From Acidobacteriota bacterium (GTDB lineage Bacteria > Acidobacteriota > UBA890 > WLXD01), in assembly GCA_965248695.1 (NCBI GenBank), contig CBDFKD010000002.1, positions 4,192,001 to 4,256,000 on the forward strand: a stretch of 64,000 nt of DNA, given 5' to 3'. Shown one piece after another: positions 52,927 through 64,000 of the stretch. The notes beneath the pieces were generated by a model, which worked only from the letters and a program-made list of their open reading frames with translations, was not told where the DNA came from and ran no database searches. Both the position numbers and the translations under genes were made by a program. How positions within the stretch are numbered: position 1 is the stretch's first letter; each line of letters opens with the position of its first letter.

Positions 52927-53133
52927 ATGGCGGACATCGCCAAGATTATCGAGGTCGTGGGGTCGTCGCCCAAGAGCTGGGATGAGGCGGCCGAGAACGC
53001 CGTTCGGACGGCGTCGAAGACAATCAACAACATCACCGGTGTCGAGGTCGAGCACATGACCGCCAAGGTCGAGGGCGGCGAGATCGTCAGCTACAAGACG
53101 ACCGTCAAGATCGCTTTCGGCGTTGGCGGCTGA
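52927..53133 (+). CDS. Dodecin family protein
   Basis: 'AKIIEVVGSSPKSWDEAAENAVRTASKT...YKTTVKIAF'; AGGAGG RBS. Confidence 0.93.
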   Translation: MADIAKIIEVVGSSPKSWDEAAENAVRTASKTINNITGVEVEHMTAKVEGGEIVSYKTTVKIAFGVGG

Positions 53134-53163
53134 GACCGACGCTAGCAACCGAACTCGTACAGG

Positions 53164-53195
53164 CCGTACCCGCTGCCAGGCGGCGGTGGGTACGG
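53164..53195 (+). terminator. Stem-loop after dodecin gene
   Basis: ccgtacccgctgcc-aggc-ggcggtgggtacgg; no clear U-tract. Confidence 0.45.
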
Positions 53196-53215
53196 TCGTC
53201 GTGTATTGAGGTGTG

Positions 53216-54616
53216 ATGCGCATCTCCTTTCATGGCGCGGCGCGTGAAGTCACCGGCTCCTGCCATCTGATCGAAACGACCGCCGGGCGTGTGCTACTGG
53301 ACTGCGGCATGATCCAGGGCGGCAAGGAACGGCACGAGCGCAACCGTGCGCCGTTCCCCTTCGACCCCGCCTCGATTGACGTGGTGTTGCTGTCGCACGC
53401 GCACATTGACCACTGCGGCCGCTTGCCGTTGCTGGTGCGCAACGGCTTCAAGGGACCGATCTACGCCACGGCCCCCAGCGTCGGGCTGGCCAAGATTCTC
53501 CTCGCCGACTCGGCACATATTCACGAGGAGGACGCGCGCTGGACGATCAAGCGGTTGGAGAAGCAGGGCAAGGACGCGTCAGGCATCACGCCGCTCTACA
53601 CGCAGAAAGATGCCACCGCCATCAACGATCAGTTCGTCAAGACCGAGTTCGATCGCTGGAACCCGCTGGAGGGCCTCGGTCGGGTGCGGTTCACGATGGC
53701 CGGGCACATCCTCGGCGCCAGCATCGTCGAGCTCGAGATCGAGGACGGCGATGATTGCCGGCACGTGACGTTCTCCGGCGACCTCGGGGTCGAGGGTGCG
53801 CGGTTGCTGTCGCGACCGGCTGCGGTCGAGGCGGCGGAGGTGATGATCCTAGAGTCGACCTACGGCAACCGGGACCGCGACCACGACGAGGATCCCACCG
53901 AGCTGCTGTACGAGATCATCAGCAGCACGGTGGCCAAGGGAGGGAAGGTGGTCGTGCCGTCGTTCGCGGTCGGCCGCACCCAGGAGATCCTGGCGCGCCT
54001 CAACGACCTGGTCGAGTCGGGTCGCCTTCAGGGAGTGCCGGTATTCGTCGACTCGCCGATGGCGGTTGAGGCGACGCGGCTGTTCACACGCTTTCCTGAA
54101 GCCTACGCGAAGGATGCGCGTCGGCTGTATTGCTCGGGCGACGAGCCGCTCGACTTCGCCGGCTTGAAGCTGGTGACCAGCGTCGACGACTCGAAGGCGA
54201 TCAACGAGAGTCGCTACCCGTCGGTGATCATCTCGGCGTCAGGCATGTGCACCGCCGGGCGCATCAAGCACCACCTCAAGAACAACATCTCCGACCCGCG
54301 ATCGACCGTGCTGTTCGTCGGTTATCAGGCACGCGGTACGCTCGGACACGTCATTCAGTCCGGCATCGACCCTGTACGCATCTTCGGTGACTGGTACCCG
54401 GTACGGGCGCGCATCGAGCGCATCTCCGGGTTCTCGGCACACGCCGATCGCTCCGGCTTGCTCAAATGGTTCAGTAGCCTTGGCGGTGTGCCAAAGCGTA
54501 CCTTTGTAGTACACGGCGAAGCGAAGGCCGCCGCCGCACTGGGGCGTGCCTTGCGAGAGCGGCACAGTGCGGACGTGGTGGTGCCCGAGCTCGGAGACGA
54601 CTTCGATCTGAGTTGA
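53216..54616 (+). CDS. MBL-fold beta-CASP ribonuclease
   Basis: 'HAHIDHCGRLP', 'AGHILG', 'ESTYG', 'SASGMCTAGRI', 'FSAHAD', 'VHGE'. Confidence 0.94.
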   Translation: MRISFHGAAREVTGSCHLIETTAGRVLLDCGMIQGGKERHERNRAPFPFDPASIDVVLLSHAHIDHCGRLPLLVRNGFKGPIYATAPSVGLAKILLADSAHIHEEDARWTIKRLEKQGKDASGITPLYTQKDATAINDQFVKTEFDRWNPLEGLGRVRFTMAGHILGASIVELEIEDGDDCRHVTFSGDLGVEGARLLSRPAAVEAAEVMILESTYGNRDRDHDEDPTELLYEIISSTVAKGGKVVVPSFAVGRTQEILARLNDLVESGRLQGVPVFVDSPMAVEATRLFTRFPEAYAKDARRLYCSGDEPLDFAGLKLVTSVDDSKAINESRYPSVIISASGMCTAGRIKHHLKNNISDPRSTVLFVGYQARGTLGHVIQSGIDPVRIFGDWYPVRARIERISGFSAHADRSGLLKWFSSLGGVPKRTFVVHGEAKAAAALGRALRERHSADVVVPELGDDFDLS

Positions 54617-54661
54617 AGGTCGCAGATACATACCAACTGTTCACCCCAAGGACAGCTTGAG

Positions 54662-57600
54662 ATGGAACCGCACCAGCCGCGCACCGACTGGATGAACGAC
54701 CCGAAGAACATCGCCATCGCGCTGCTGCTCGTGACTACGGCATTGTTCGGCGCCACGCTGGCCCGCGAACGGCTTCCCGGAATGTTCGCGGCATCCACCG
54801 GCAGCGACGACGGGCTGCCGGTAGCGGTGCTCGATGTGGTGCTGGATCGCGAGGGCCTCGACTACCTCGACTTCCTGCTCGACCGCCCGGTCGGCGACGA
54901 TCGCGTCGGTGAAGTGCTCGGGCTCGATGCCGCCACCACCCGGCCGGCGATGGGCGGCGTCTGGCGCTGGGAGGGAGCCAGCGTGTTGCGCTTCGAGCCC
55001 TCCGGCGGGTTCGACATGGCGATGCGCTACGAGGTATCGCTGGTCGGTGAGCGCGTGCTCCCCGACGGTTTCTACCTCGATGGTAAGCGTACCTTCGAGG
55101 TAACGACGGACCAGTTCCAGATCGAGCGCATCGATCTGTACCAGGATCCGACGCCCGACGGGCAGGCGCTGCAGATCCGTGGGACGGCGCGCTTCAACTA
55201 CGACGTCGACCCCGAGGTGCTGGCCAGTCGCATGCGGCTGATCGACCCACTGCGCGGCGACAACGATCCGGTGCCGCTGCTTTTCGAGACCTACTACGCC
55301 AACCGCATGGTCGACTTTCGCAGCGAGCCGGTGCGCAAGGAGCGCGACGAGCGAGTGCTGCGCCTAACGGTGGACAGCAGCCTGACGCCCGACGTCGGCA
55401 ACGTGCCCCTGCCGGCGAGCTTCGAGACCGAGACGACGCTGGGGTCGAGCGAGAATCTGGCGGTCTGGGATGTCGTGCCGTCGCCCGGCGATCCGGAGAG
55501 CCGGCTGCGCGTGCGGTTGTCCTCGCAGGTCGAGCCCGAAGTGGCGGCCCGTTTCCTGGTGGTGGAGCCGGAGGTCGCCTACCGCGTCTCCGCCGAGCGC
55601 AACCAGCTCACGCTGACCGGCGATTTCCGCCCCGGCTCGGACTACACATTGAGGATTTCGGCCGGCCTCCCGGCGCGTGACCGCGCGGTGTTGCGTGAGG
55701 AGTTCGTTGCCGGCGTCCGCGTTCCCGATCTCGAACCCGGCCTCGACTTCGCTGCCCAGGGCATGTTTCTGGCGGCCAGCGGTAGCCGCGAGCTGGCCAT
55801 CGAGAGCGTCAACGTCGACCGTGCCACGTTGCAGGTCGAGCGCGTGTATCGCAACAACCTCTTTTATCTGTTCGACTCCTACGGCTGGATGGTGTGGGAC
55901 GCCGAAACGTGGGCTGGTAGCGCTGTCGCTCATGCGCTAGGCGACCGTGTCGCCGAGGTACCGCTGCGACTTGGCGGCCAGCGGAACCGTAGCCGCAGCG
56001 CGCCGGTGGACATCGGAGATTTCATCGATCCGGATGCTCCAGGGCTGTACCGGCTGGTGCTCGGTCGTCGCGGCAGTTATCAGGCCACGCAGCGCTGGGT
56101 TCTGGTCACCGATCTGGGAATCGTGGCGAAGCGCGGCGAGCGCGATTTCCTGGTGTGGGTCTCGTCGTTCGACGATCTGACGCCGGTTAGCGGGGCGCGC
56201 ATCACGCTGCTGTCCGATCAGAACCAGCCGATCGCCACGGGGTCGACGGACGGGCGTGGGATCTGGCATGGGCGCGACCTTGCGTCGCTGGACTCGGAGC
56301 GCCCCTACATGGTGATGGTGGAGCGCGGCAACGACTTCAGCTTCCTGCTGCTCGACGCCATGGGCGTCGACACCACCGGGCTCGATGTCGGGGGCAGCGC
56401 CTCGACGGCGGTCGGCTATCAGGCGTTTGCGTACGGCGAGCGCGATATCTATCGACCGGGCGAGACGGTGGAAGGCGTCGCCATCGTGCGCGACCGTGAC
56501 CTGCGCGTACCGCCGGCGATGCCGCTGCTGGCCCGGCACATTGATCCGACCGGTATGGAGCGGTCCACCTTCCGCCTCGATCTCGACGCCGACGGCGCGG
56601 CGCCATTCGTGCTCGAGGTACCCGGGTACGCCCGCACCGGCGGCCACGTGCTCGAGTTCGAGGCCGGCAACCGGGTCATCGGGCGGTATCTGTTCCAGGT
56701 CGAGGAGTTCGTTCCCGACCGCATCCGCGTGGCGATCGAATCCGACGACACGCAGTCGAGCCCGAGCGAGGAGCTCGAGTTTGGTGTCGAGAGCGCCTAC
56801 CTGTTCGGGGCACCGGCATCCGGACTGGCGGTCGACGCCAGGGTGCGACTGGAGCCCGTCGTGTTCGCGCCCGAGGGCTTCGAGAGCTATTCCTTCGTCA
56901 GCTCGCAGCGCGCCTATCCGGGCTCCGAGGTATTCGAGCGGCAGGGCGTGCTCGACGACGCCGGCGGCGTGACGATGCGTGCCGTGCTGCCGCGCGGGCT
57001 ACGCGTGCCGTCGTCGCTGCGGGCGCTGATCACGGCGCGCGTCCAGGAGCAGGGAGGACGCGGAGTCTCGGCGCGCCACGCCGTGCCGGTGCATCCGTAT
57101 CCGTATTACCTGGGTCTACGACGGGCCGGCGACGGTTACGCCGAGCCGGGTCAGGCCGAGCGCTTCGAGTTCGTGGCTGTCGATGCGCAAGGACAGCCAA
57201 CGAACGCCGGCGCCCTGCGCGCTGAGCTGTACAAAGACGAGTGGCAGACGGTCCTGCGGCGCACTCCGTCGGGCGCGTTCCGTTACGAGTCGACGCGTGA
57301 CGCGCGCCTGATCGCGTCGGTCGACATCGCCGGCGGCGAGCGCGGCGGCGGATTCTCGCTGACGCCGGAGCAATTCGGCGCATACCGTGCCGTGCTCACC
57401 GACCCGGTTGCCGGGTCGGCGGCGGAGGTTCAGTTCACCGCCAGCGGCTTCGGGTTCTCGCCGTGGGCGATCGCCAACCCCGCACGCATCGAGCTGGAGC
57501 TCGACCGTGACGAGTACCAACCGGGCCAGACGGCCCGCGTGCAGGTGCGTGCGCCGTTCGCCGGGCGGCTCATGCTGACGGTCGAGACCGGCGGTGTACG

Positions 57601-60092
57601 GGATATTCAAGTGATGCCGCTGACAGGCAACACCGCCACCGTCAGCGTGCCGATACGCGACGGCTATCGACCCAACGCCTACGTTACCGCCACGGTGGTG
57701 CGCGCCGCCGGCGATCTGCAGCCCGGCACTGTCGGACGGGCGTTCGGGGCGCTGCCGTTGCCGGTCGATCGCGCCTCGAATCGCATGCCGGTAACCGTCA
57801 CCCACGCGCCCGAGGTGCGTCCGGGACGCGAGGTCGTCGTCGACGTCAGCACGGCGCCGGGTGCCTTGTTGACCGTGGCTGCGGTCGATCAGGGAATCCT
57901 GCAGCTGATCGCACAGCGAACCGCGGACCCGTTCGAGTTCTTCTACCGCCGCCTGGCGCTCGGGGTGAGCAGCTTCGACACCTTCTCGCTGCTGTTTCCG
58001 GAGGTCGTTGCCGCTCAAGCCGTCGGTGGGGGAGCCCTCGCCGACGCGATGACGCAGTTCGCCAGCGCCGCCGGGATCCGCCGGGTCGAGCCGGTTGCTC
58101 TGTGGTCGGGTGTCGTCCGCGCCGACAGCCGTGGCGCAGCCAGGGTCACGTTCGACGTGCCGGATTTCCAGGGCGCGCTACGCGTGATGGCGGTTGCCCA
58201 CCGCGATCGCCGATTCGGCTCGACCGAGTCGACCCTGGTGGTGCGCGATCCGATCGTGTTGTTGCCTACGGTGCCGCGCTTCCTGTCGTTCGAGGAGACC
58301 GTGCGGTTGCCGGTGACGGTGCGCAACGACACCGGACGGACGGGAGCCATTCAGGTGGATCTGCGCGCCGCGCTGCCGTCCGCCGAGCCCGTTGTGCTGG
58401 GTCAGAGTGTCGAGGTGCCCGACGGCGACGAGCGCGTCATCTACTTCGACCTGGCGACGGGTACGGCGGCGGGGGTCGCTGACCTGGAGCTCACGGCTTC
58501 CGGCCTGGGTGAAAGCACCTCTACCTCGGCCAGCGTGCCGCTGCGTCCCGACCTGCCGGCGCGGACGGTCGAGACCACCGGCGCGGTGACCGCCGATCCC
58601 ACCCCGTTGCCGCAGCCGGATGTCTCCGAGCTGCGCTCCGGGGCTACCCGTACGCTGCGAGTCAGCGCCACACCGATGGTGCAACTGTCCGGGCGTCTCG
58701 ACTATCTGGTGCGCTATCCGTACGGCTGTCTGGAGCAGGTGACATCGGGGGCGTTCCCGCTGGTGTACCTCGGCGAGCTGGCGACAGCGACGTCGCCGGA
58801 TCTGTTCGCCGGCACCGACGGCCCGGCGGCGATGGTTCAGCAGGCTATCGGCAAGCTCGGCACGTTCCAGATGTTCTCGGGCGGCTTCTCGCTATGGCCC
58901 GGTGGTAGCAGCATGGATCCGTGGGCGAGCGTTTACGCGACACACTTTCTCGTCGAGGCGCGCCGCGCCGGGTTCCTGGTTCCCGATTTCCTGTACGACC
59001 GAGCGCTGCAGTTCGTTCGCAACGAGGTGCGGGCCCAGCCGGACTACGTACACGATGAGCTCCAGCGGGTGGTCTATGCGCTGTTCGTACTGGCACGCGC
59101 CGGCACACCCGACGTGGGCAGCATGGACTTCGTGCGTCAGCAACATGTCGCTGCTCTCGGCAGCGAGTCGCGGGCGTTGCTCGGCGCCGCGTACGCGGCG
59201 CTCGGAAATGCTCCCGCTACCAACGAGATGATCGCCGGTGTCACCGACGTGGCGCCGGTCAGGCGGCAAAGCGGCGGCAATTTCAACTCGGTGGTCCGTA
59301 ACCGGGCGCTGGTGTTGATGGCGTTGCTCGATGCGGCGCCGGACTCGGGCCGGGTGACCGACGTGGCCCGTCAGCTGGCGCGCGAGGCGGCGGCCGCCGA
59401 CCCATGGAACACGCAGGAGTCATCGTTCGCCTTGCTGGCGCTGGGGCAGTACTTCGCGCAGCAGTCGGCGTCGGCGGAGATCTCGGGTCGTGTCTACGCC
59501 GGCGACCGGATGCTGGGCGCCTTCGACACCGCGGGGGCCAACTTCCCGGAGATCGTCGGCGCGGAAGCACTGCGTATCGAGATGGACCCGGGCTATCAGG
59601 GCGGTGCGTTCTATTCGCTTCATACACGCGGCGTACCGACCGATGCGGCCTACCGCGCCGTGCAGCAAGGGCTGGAGATACGACGCACGTTCCTCAGCCG
59701 TGGAGGGCAACCGGTGGATACGGCAAGCGTTCGCCAGGGCGATCTGCTCGTGGTGCGTGTGCAGGTGCGCTCGACGTCCGGTCCGCTGGACAACGTCGTG
59801 ATCAAGAACCTGCTGCCGGCTGGCCTGGAGGTGGAGAACGCAACGCCTGGCGAGCACCGAGACCCTGCCGTGGATACGCGATGCGAGCTTCGTCGCCGAC
59901 CATGTCGACCTGCGAGACGATCGCGTGCTGTTGTTCGGGTCGCTACCGGATGGTGACTGGCAGACCGCCTATGCGGTGCTCCGTGCCGTCACGCCAGGTA
60001 CGTTCCGCTTGCCTCCCGTGCAGGTGGAGGCGATGTACGAGCCCAACCTCCGTGCGAGCTCTGAGCGGGGGTCGCTCACCGTCGTCCAATGA
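54662..60092 (+). CDS. Bacterial alpha-2-macroglobulin; frameshift at ~59842
   Basis: 'VTDLGIVAK', 'RDIYRPGETV', 'VEEFVPDR', thioester 'YPYGCLEQ'; removing one base gives '...RAVTPGTF..PPVQVEAMYEP...VVQ*' overlapping pbpC ATG. Confidence 0.93.
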
Positions 60093-62443
60093 GCCGCGCC
60101 CGGGTTCGGCACCGGATGGCCGCCGCGGTAGGGATGGTGGGACGGCATCGCCGGGTGAGCCTAGTCGGAGCCGCCGCGTTCGCCCTGGCGGCGTTGCTCG
60201 TGCTCGATGCCGCGTTCCCGCTGCCGCTAGGCGCGTTGCACCGCGCTCCGGCTCGCGTCGTGACCGACGCTCACGGCGTCCCACTGCGCATCTTCCTGCC
60301 GGCCGATGGACGCTACCGCATGCCGGTGCGACTGGCCGATGTTTCGCCGTTGATGGTGCGTACGCTCGTGGGCTCCGAGGACCGCTGGTTCTGGTGGCAC
60401 CCGGGCGTGAATCCGTTCGCCGTCGGGCGCGCCATGGTGACCAACCTGCGCGCCGGTCGGGTGGTGTCGGGGGCCTCCACCATCCCGATGCAAATCGCCC
60501 GACTGGTCGAGCCCAAGCGGCGCACGCTGGGCGGCAAGGTCGCCGAGGCACTGCGGGCCCTGCAGCTGGAGTGGTACGACGACAAGGAAGAGCTGCTCGA
60601 GCTGTACCTGAACCTCACGCCGTACGGCGCCAATCTGGAGGGCGTCGGGTCGGCAGCGTGGTTTTACTTCGGTAAGCGCGCCGACCAGTTGTCGCTCGGC
60701 GAGGCGGCGTTGCTGACAACGTTGCCCCGATCGCCGGTGGCCTACGATCCGGTGCGCCACCCTGCGGCGGCGACGCGTGCCCGCGATCGCGTTCTGCGTC
60801 AGCTGCTCGCCCGCGGTGTGGTAACCGAGCGCGAGGTACAGGATGCGCTGCTGCACTCCGTTCCGAGTCGTCGCCAGCCGGCACCCTTCGAGGCGCCGCA
60901 TTTCGCCCGCCTGGCGGTCGAACGGCTGCCGGCCACAGACGCCACGATACGCACCAGCCTCGATCTCGACACGCAGCGGGCTACCGAGCGGCGCGTGCGG
61001 ACGCGCATCGACTCGCTGCGGGCCGAAGGCCTCGGCAACGCGGCGGTAGTCGTTATCGACAACGCCACCCGCAGCGTGCGTGCCATGGTCGGCTCGGCCG
61101 GCTTCTTCGAGACCGCTCAGCAGGGACAGGTCAACGGCGCGCTGGCGGCGCGATCGCCCGGGTCCACTCTCAAGCCGTTGCTGTATGCGCAGGCGCTCGA
61201 TGCCGGGTTGATCGCCCCGGCGAGCTTCATGCTCGATGTGCCGACCGACTTCGCCGGCTACGTGGCAGAGAACTACGACGGCGAATACCGCGGTCGAGTT
61301 ACGGCAACCGATGCCCTGCGCTGGTCGCTGAACGCGCCGGCGGTTCGGTTGCTCGCCCGCGCCGGGTTGCGGGAGTTTCATCAGTTGCTGAATGCTGGAG
61401 GCTTGGCGACGCTCGACAAGCCGCCGTTGCACTACGGGCTGCCGCTGGTTCTCGGCGCCGGTGAGGCGCGGCTCGTCGATCTGGTCAACCTCTACGCCAC
61501 GCTTGCCGACGGCGGCATGCATCGTCAATGGACGCTCTCCGAGCAGACGCCTGCGAAGCCGACGAGGCTGGTATCGGCGGCGGCTGCGGCACTGGTGACC
61601 CGGGTGCTCGGTGAGGTCGAGCGGCCAGATATGCCGGCAGCCTGGGAGCTGACGCGTGACGTGCCGGCGGTGGCCTGGAAGACGGGCACGTCGTACGGAC
61701 ATCGCGACGCCTGGGCGATCGGGTTCTCGCGCACGCTCAGCATCGGAGTGTGGGTCGGGAACCTCGACGGCAGCGCCCAGAAGGGGATCTCGGGCGCTCG
61801 CCATGCGGGCCCGCTCCTGTTCGATGTCTTCCGTGCCCTGGAGTCGGCATCTGAGCTACCGCTTCCTGGACTCGAAGACGTTGCCGACGTGCGGGTCTGT
61901 GCCGAGTCCCATCAGCTACCAGGGCCCTTCTGTCCGCGGAAGACGCGCATCGAGGTGATTCCGGGGGTTACGCAGCTGCGGACCTGTGAGGACCATCGGC
62001 GTGTCTTTGTCGACACCGTCAGCGGTGAGCGCCTGAGCGGCGATTGCCTGGCCGACCGGCCGCATCGTGCTGTCGTGCTCGAGGTTCTCCCGGCCGAGTT
62101 GATGGCGTGGCATCGCGCCCAGGGTCGAGCGACCGGCACCATGCCGCCGCTGAGCGCCGCCTGTACGGGCGTACCGGGGGCCGAGCCGCCGCGCATCGTC
62201 ACCCCGGTTGCCGCCACGCCATACGTGCTGCGAGCCGAGGCGCCGCCGGAGCACCAGCGCATTGCGTTGACCGCCCAGGCGGCAGCGGGCGCCCGGCGCC
62301 TCTACTGGTACCAGGACGGCGCGCTCGTGGGCTCGGCGGAGCCGGGCAGCACGGTGTTCGTCAACCCGGAGATCGGTGAGCACGAGCTCGTAGTGGTGGA
62401 CGATTCCGGGCGCGCCGACGAGCTGCGCTATCGGGTCGAGTGA
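60089..62443 (+). CDS. pbpC: Penicillin-binding protein 1C
   Basis: Transglycosylase 'EDRWFWWHPGVNP','GASTIPMQ'; transpeptidase 'STLK','SLN','KTGTS'; follows A2M. Confidence 0.95.
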   Translation: MSRARVRHRMAAAVGMVGRHRRVSLVGAAAFALAALLVLDAAFPLPLGALHRAPARVVTDAHGVPLRIFLPADGRYRMPVRLADVSPLMVRTLVGSEDRWFWWHPGVNPFAVGRAMVTNLRAGRVVSGASTIPMQIARLVEPKRRTLGGKVAEALRALQLEWYDDKEELLELYLNLTPYGANLEGVGSAAWFYFGKRADQLSLGEAALLTTLPRSPVAYDPVRHPAAATRARDRVLRQLLARGVVTEREVQDALLHSVPSRRQPAPFEAPHFARLAVERLPATDATIRTSLDLDTQRATERRVRTRIDSLRAEGLGNAAVVVIDNATRSVRAMVGSAGFFETAQQGQVNGALAARSPGSTLKPLLYAQALDAGLIAPASFMLDVPTDFAGYVAENYDGEYRGRVTATDALRWSLNAPAVRLLARAGLREFHQLLNAGGLATLDKPPLHYGLPLVLGAGEARLVDLVNLYATLADGGMHRQWTLSEQTPAKPTRLVSAAAAALVTRVLGEVERPDMPAAWELTRDVPAVAWKTGTSYGHRDAWAIGFSRTLSIGVWVGNLDGSAQKGISGARHAGPLLFDVFRALESASELPLPGLEDVADVRVCAESHQLPGPFCPRKTRIEVIPGVTQLRTCEDHRRVFVDTVSGERLSGDCLADRPHRAVVLEVLPAELMAWHRAQGRATGTMPPLSAACTGVPGAEPPRIVTPVAATPYVLRAEAPPEHQRIALTAQAAAGARRLYWYQDGALVGSAEPGSTVFVNPEIGEHELVVVDDSGRADELRYRVE

Positions 62444-62527
62444 CGACCCGATATCAGCAGACCCGTGTGCCTGGCATCCCGGCTGATTTCGTCACCACGA
62501 TATGCAACGATCATCAGGTACAGGCCA

Positions 62528-64000
62528 CTAGCGACCGTCCCAGCGCCGCTTCCAGTCTTCGAGCTGACGCGCCGCCACCTCGCGTCCACCGAGGCCGAAG
62601 GCGAGTGCCATCGACAACGCGATGGCGCCGAGGACGATCCCAAAGGCGAGGTTGATGATGTCGCTGGCGAGGCCCATCTGATTCATTGCCATGGCGCCGG
62701 CCAGGCTGAGGATCGAGATGCGTGCCGCCAGCCCCAGCAGGTTGGCCTGCGGCGCGTCGCTCGACTGGATGACGCGCGCCGCCAGGGTCGCCAGGTACAT
62801 ACCGATGGCGAAGATCACCAGCCCGAGAGCCACCTGACTGCCGAACACCAGGAACTGCGCCACCAGGTCGGCGAGCACATCGAAGCCGAGCAACCGCGAC
62901 GCCTCGACGGACGCGAACAGGACGATCGCTACTTGCACCAGATAGCCGGCGATCTCCGACGCCGTCCGGTCACCTTCCTCAAGTGTGCGCCCGACGCCCA
63001 GCTGAGCGAGCAAATGGTCGAAGCCGACGCCGGTGAGCAAGTTGGTGATCAGCCCGGCGACGACGCGTCCGACAATGTAGGCGATGAACAGCAGCAGAGC
63101 GGCGGCGAACACCAGCGGGATCGCCTGCAATATGGCGTCCAGCATGTTGCTGGCGGGCTGGGTGATGGCGCGCAGCTGCAGGGCATCGAGGCCGGCAAGA
63201 AATACGGGGATCAGGATGAGAATGTAGACGATCAGCCCGACAACGCTCGACAGCTGCTGCTGACCGAGCAGTGTCCCGAGCCCGAGGTTCTCCCCGAGCT
63301 GATCTACACCGAGGGCGGCAAGGAGGTTGGAGACGATCTGCTGCAGGATACGGGCGATGAACCAGCCCACGGCTGCGATCAGTGCGGCGGCGAACAGGTT
63401 CGGCAGGAACCCGAGGACCCGGTCCATCATCGTCTGAACCGGGGCCAAGAGCCCTTGCAGGTTCAGCGTGTCGAGCACGGCCGGCAAGAAGAGCAGGAAG
63501 ATGAGCCAGTAAATCGAATCGCCGAGTGTCTTGGCGATCGAGATCTGGCGTGAGCTGTCGAGGGCCGCAGCCGAGCCCAGGCGTTCCTCGAAGTTCGAGG
63601 CCTGGAGGATGCGCGATACCGCCAGCCGTAGCACGGTGCCGATGATCCAGGCTGCTGTAAGCAGCGCCGCGGCGCCGGCGACCCGCGGCGCGAAGTCGAA
63701 GATCTCGCTCAGCAGCGCGTTCAACGGCTCGGTAACGATGGCCAGACCGAGCGTCCGCAGGAAGGCGACGAGGACGAACAGCAGTACGAGGTAGTAGACG
63801 AGCCGTGGAATCCAGCGCTCGAAGGTGTCGTGAGGCAGCGTGTCATCATCGCCCAGCCAGAGCGCCAGGCGATCGTCCAGCTGGGTACGTTTCATCATGC
63901 TGCGCACCACCGCAGCGAGCACGAACGCCAGCAGCCACCCCACTACCAGAACGGCGAGCGCGGCCAGCAGCGCCGGCAGGTTGCCGCCGAGCATGTCGGT
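62528..64000 (-). CDS. CmpX-like TM-helix-repeat (mechanosensitive-channel-associated) membrane protein, probably 5'-partial
   Basis: Repeated 'FLPNLFAAALI..VGW.IA' helices; C-term 'ALAFGLGGREVAAR'. Confidence 0.85.
   Translation of the reverse strand, partial: TDMLGGNLPALLAALAVLVVGWLLAFVLAAVVRSMMKRTQLDDRLALWLGDDDTLPHDTFERWIPRLVYYLVLLFVLVAFLRTLGLAIVTEPLNALLSEIFDFAPRVAGAAALLTAAWIIGTVLRLAVSRILQASNFEERLGSAAALDSSRQISIAKTLGDSIYWLIFLLFLPAVLDTLNLQGLLAPVQTMMDRVLGFLPNLFAAALIAAVGWFIARILQQIVSNLLAALGVDQLGENLGLGTLLGQQQLSSVVGLIVYILILIPVFLAGLDALQLRAITQPASNMLDAILQAIPLVFAAALLLFIAYIVGRVVAGLITNLLTGVGFDHLLAQLGVGRTLEEGDRTASEIAGYLVQVAIVLFASVEASRLLGFDVLADLVAQFLVFGSQVALGLVIFAIGMYLATLAARVIQSSDAPQANLLGLAARISILSLAGAMAMNQMGLASDIINLAFGIVLGAIALSMALAFGLGGREVAARQLEDWKRRWDGR

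Noticed and set aside
54662-62443. Alpha-2-macroglobulin + PbpC as a novel system
   Set aside because: Well-known conserved pairing (yfhM-pbpC type).

Overview
GC-rich bacterial chromosomal segment, most likely Acidobacteriota (inferred from three PadR + ADOP duplicated orphan permease pairs and a secreted 'PAATLLLPYFEVD' family protein). About 8 frameshifts, mostly 1-2 nt insertions in homopolymers or dinucleotide runs, look like long-read assembly errors. 1-25 kb holds PadR-ADOP pairs with distinct upstream palindromes, two toxin-antitoxin modules bracketing a formyl-CoA transferase (frc) cassette, four tandem divergent MmgE/PrpD paralogs (three with twin-arginine-like leaders), a beta-lactamase-fold hydrolase and a secreted triple-domain RidA. 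25.3-38.8 kb is a rearranged accessory region. It carries a candidate defence/conflict operon (membrane patatin/cPLA2-like phospholipase, propeller-like protein with beta/gamma-crystallin domain, signal-less NucA-type nuclease), an internally deleted IS630 remnant, a surface-protein gene with a G10 tract, an intact IS3 element with 5'-truncated genes on both sides, and a CHAT protease. 39-64 kb is mostly housekeeping and envelope genes: MacA/MacB-like pair, DUF5916-like OM protein, an AT-rich regulatory patch before a GAF-GGDEF-HD-GYP gene and an excisionase-like HTH gene, a porin, DegP, citrate synthase, PncB, dodecin, a beta-CASP RNase, alpha-2-macroglobulin + PbpC, and a CmpX-like protein. 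I recognised no rRNA, tRNA or CRISPR array.
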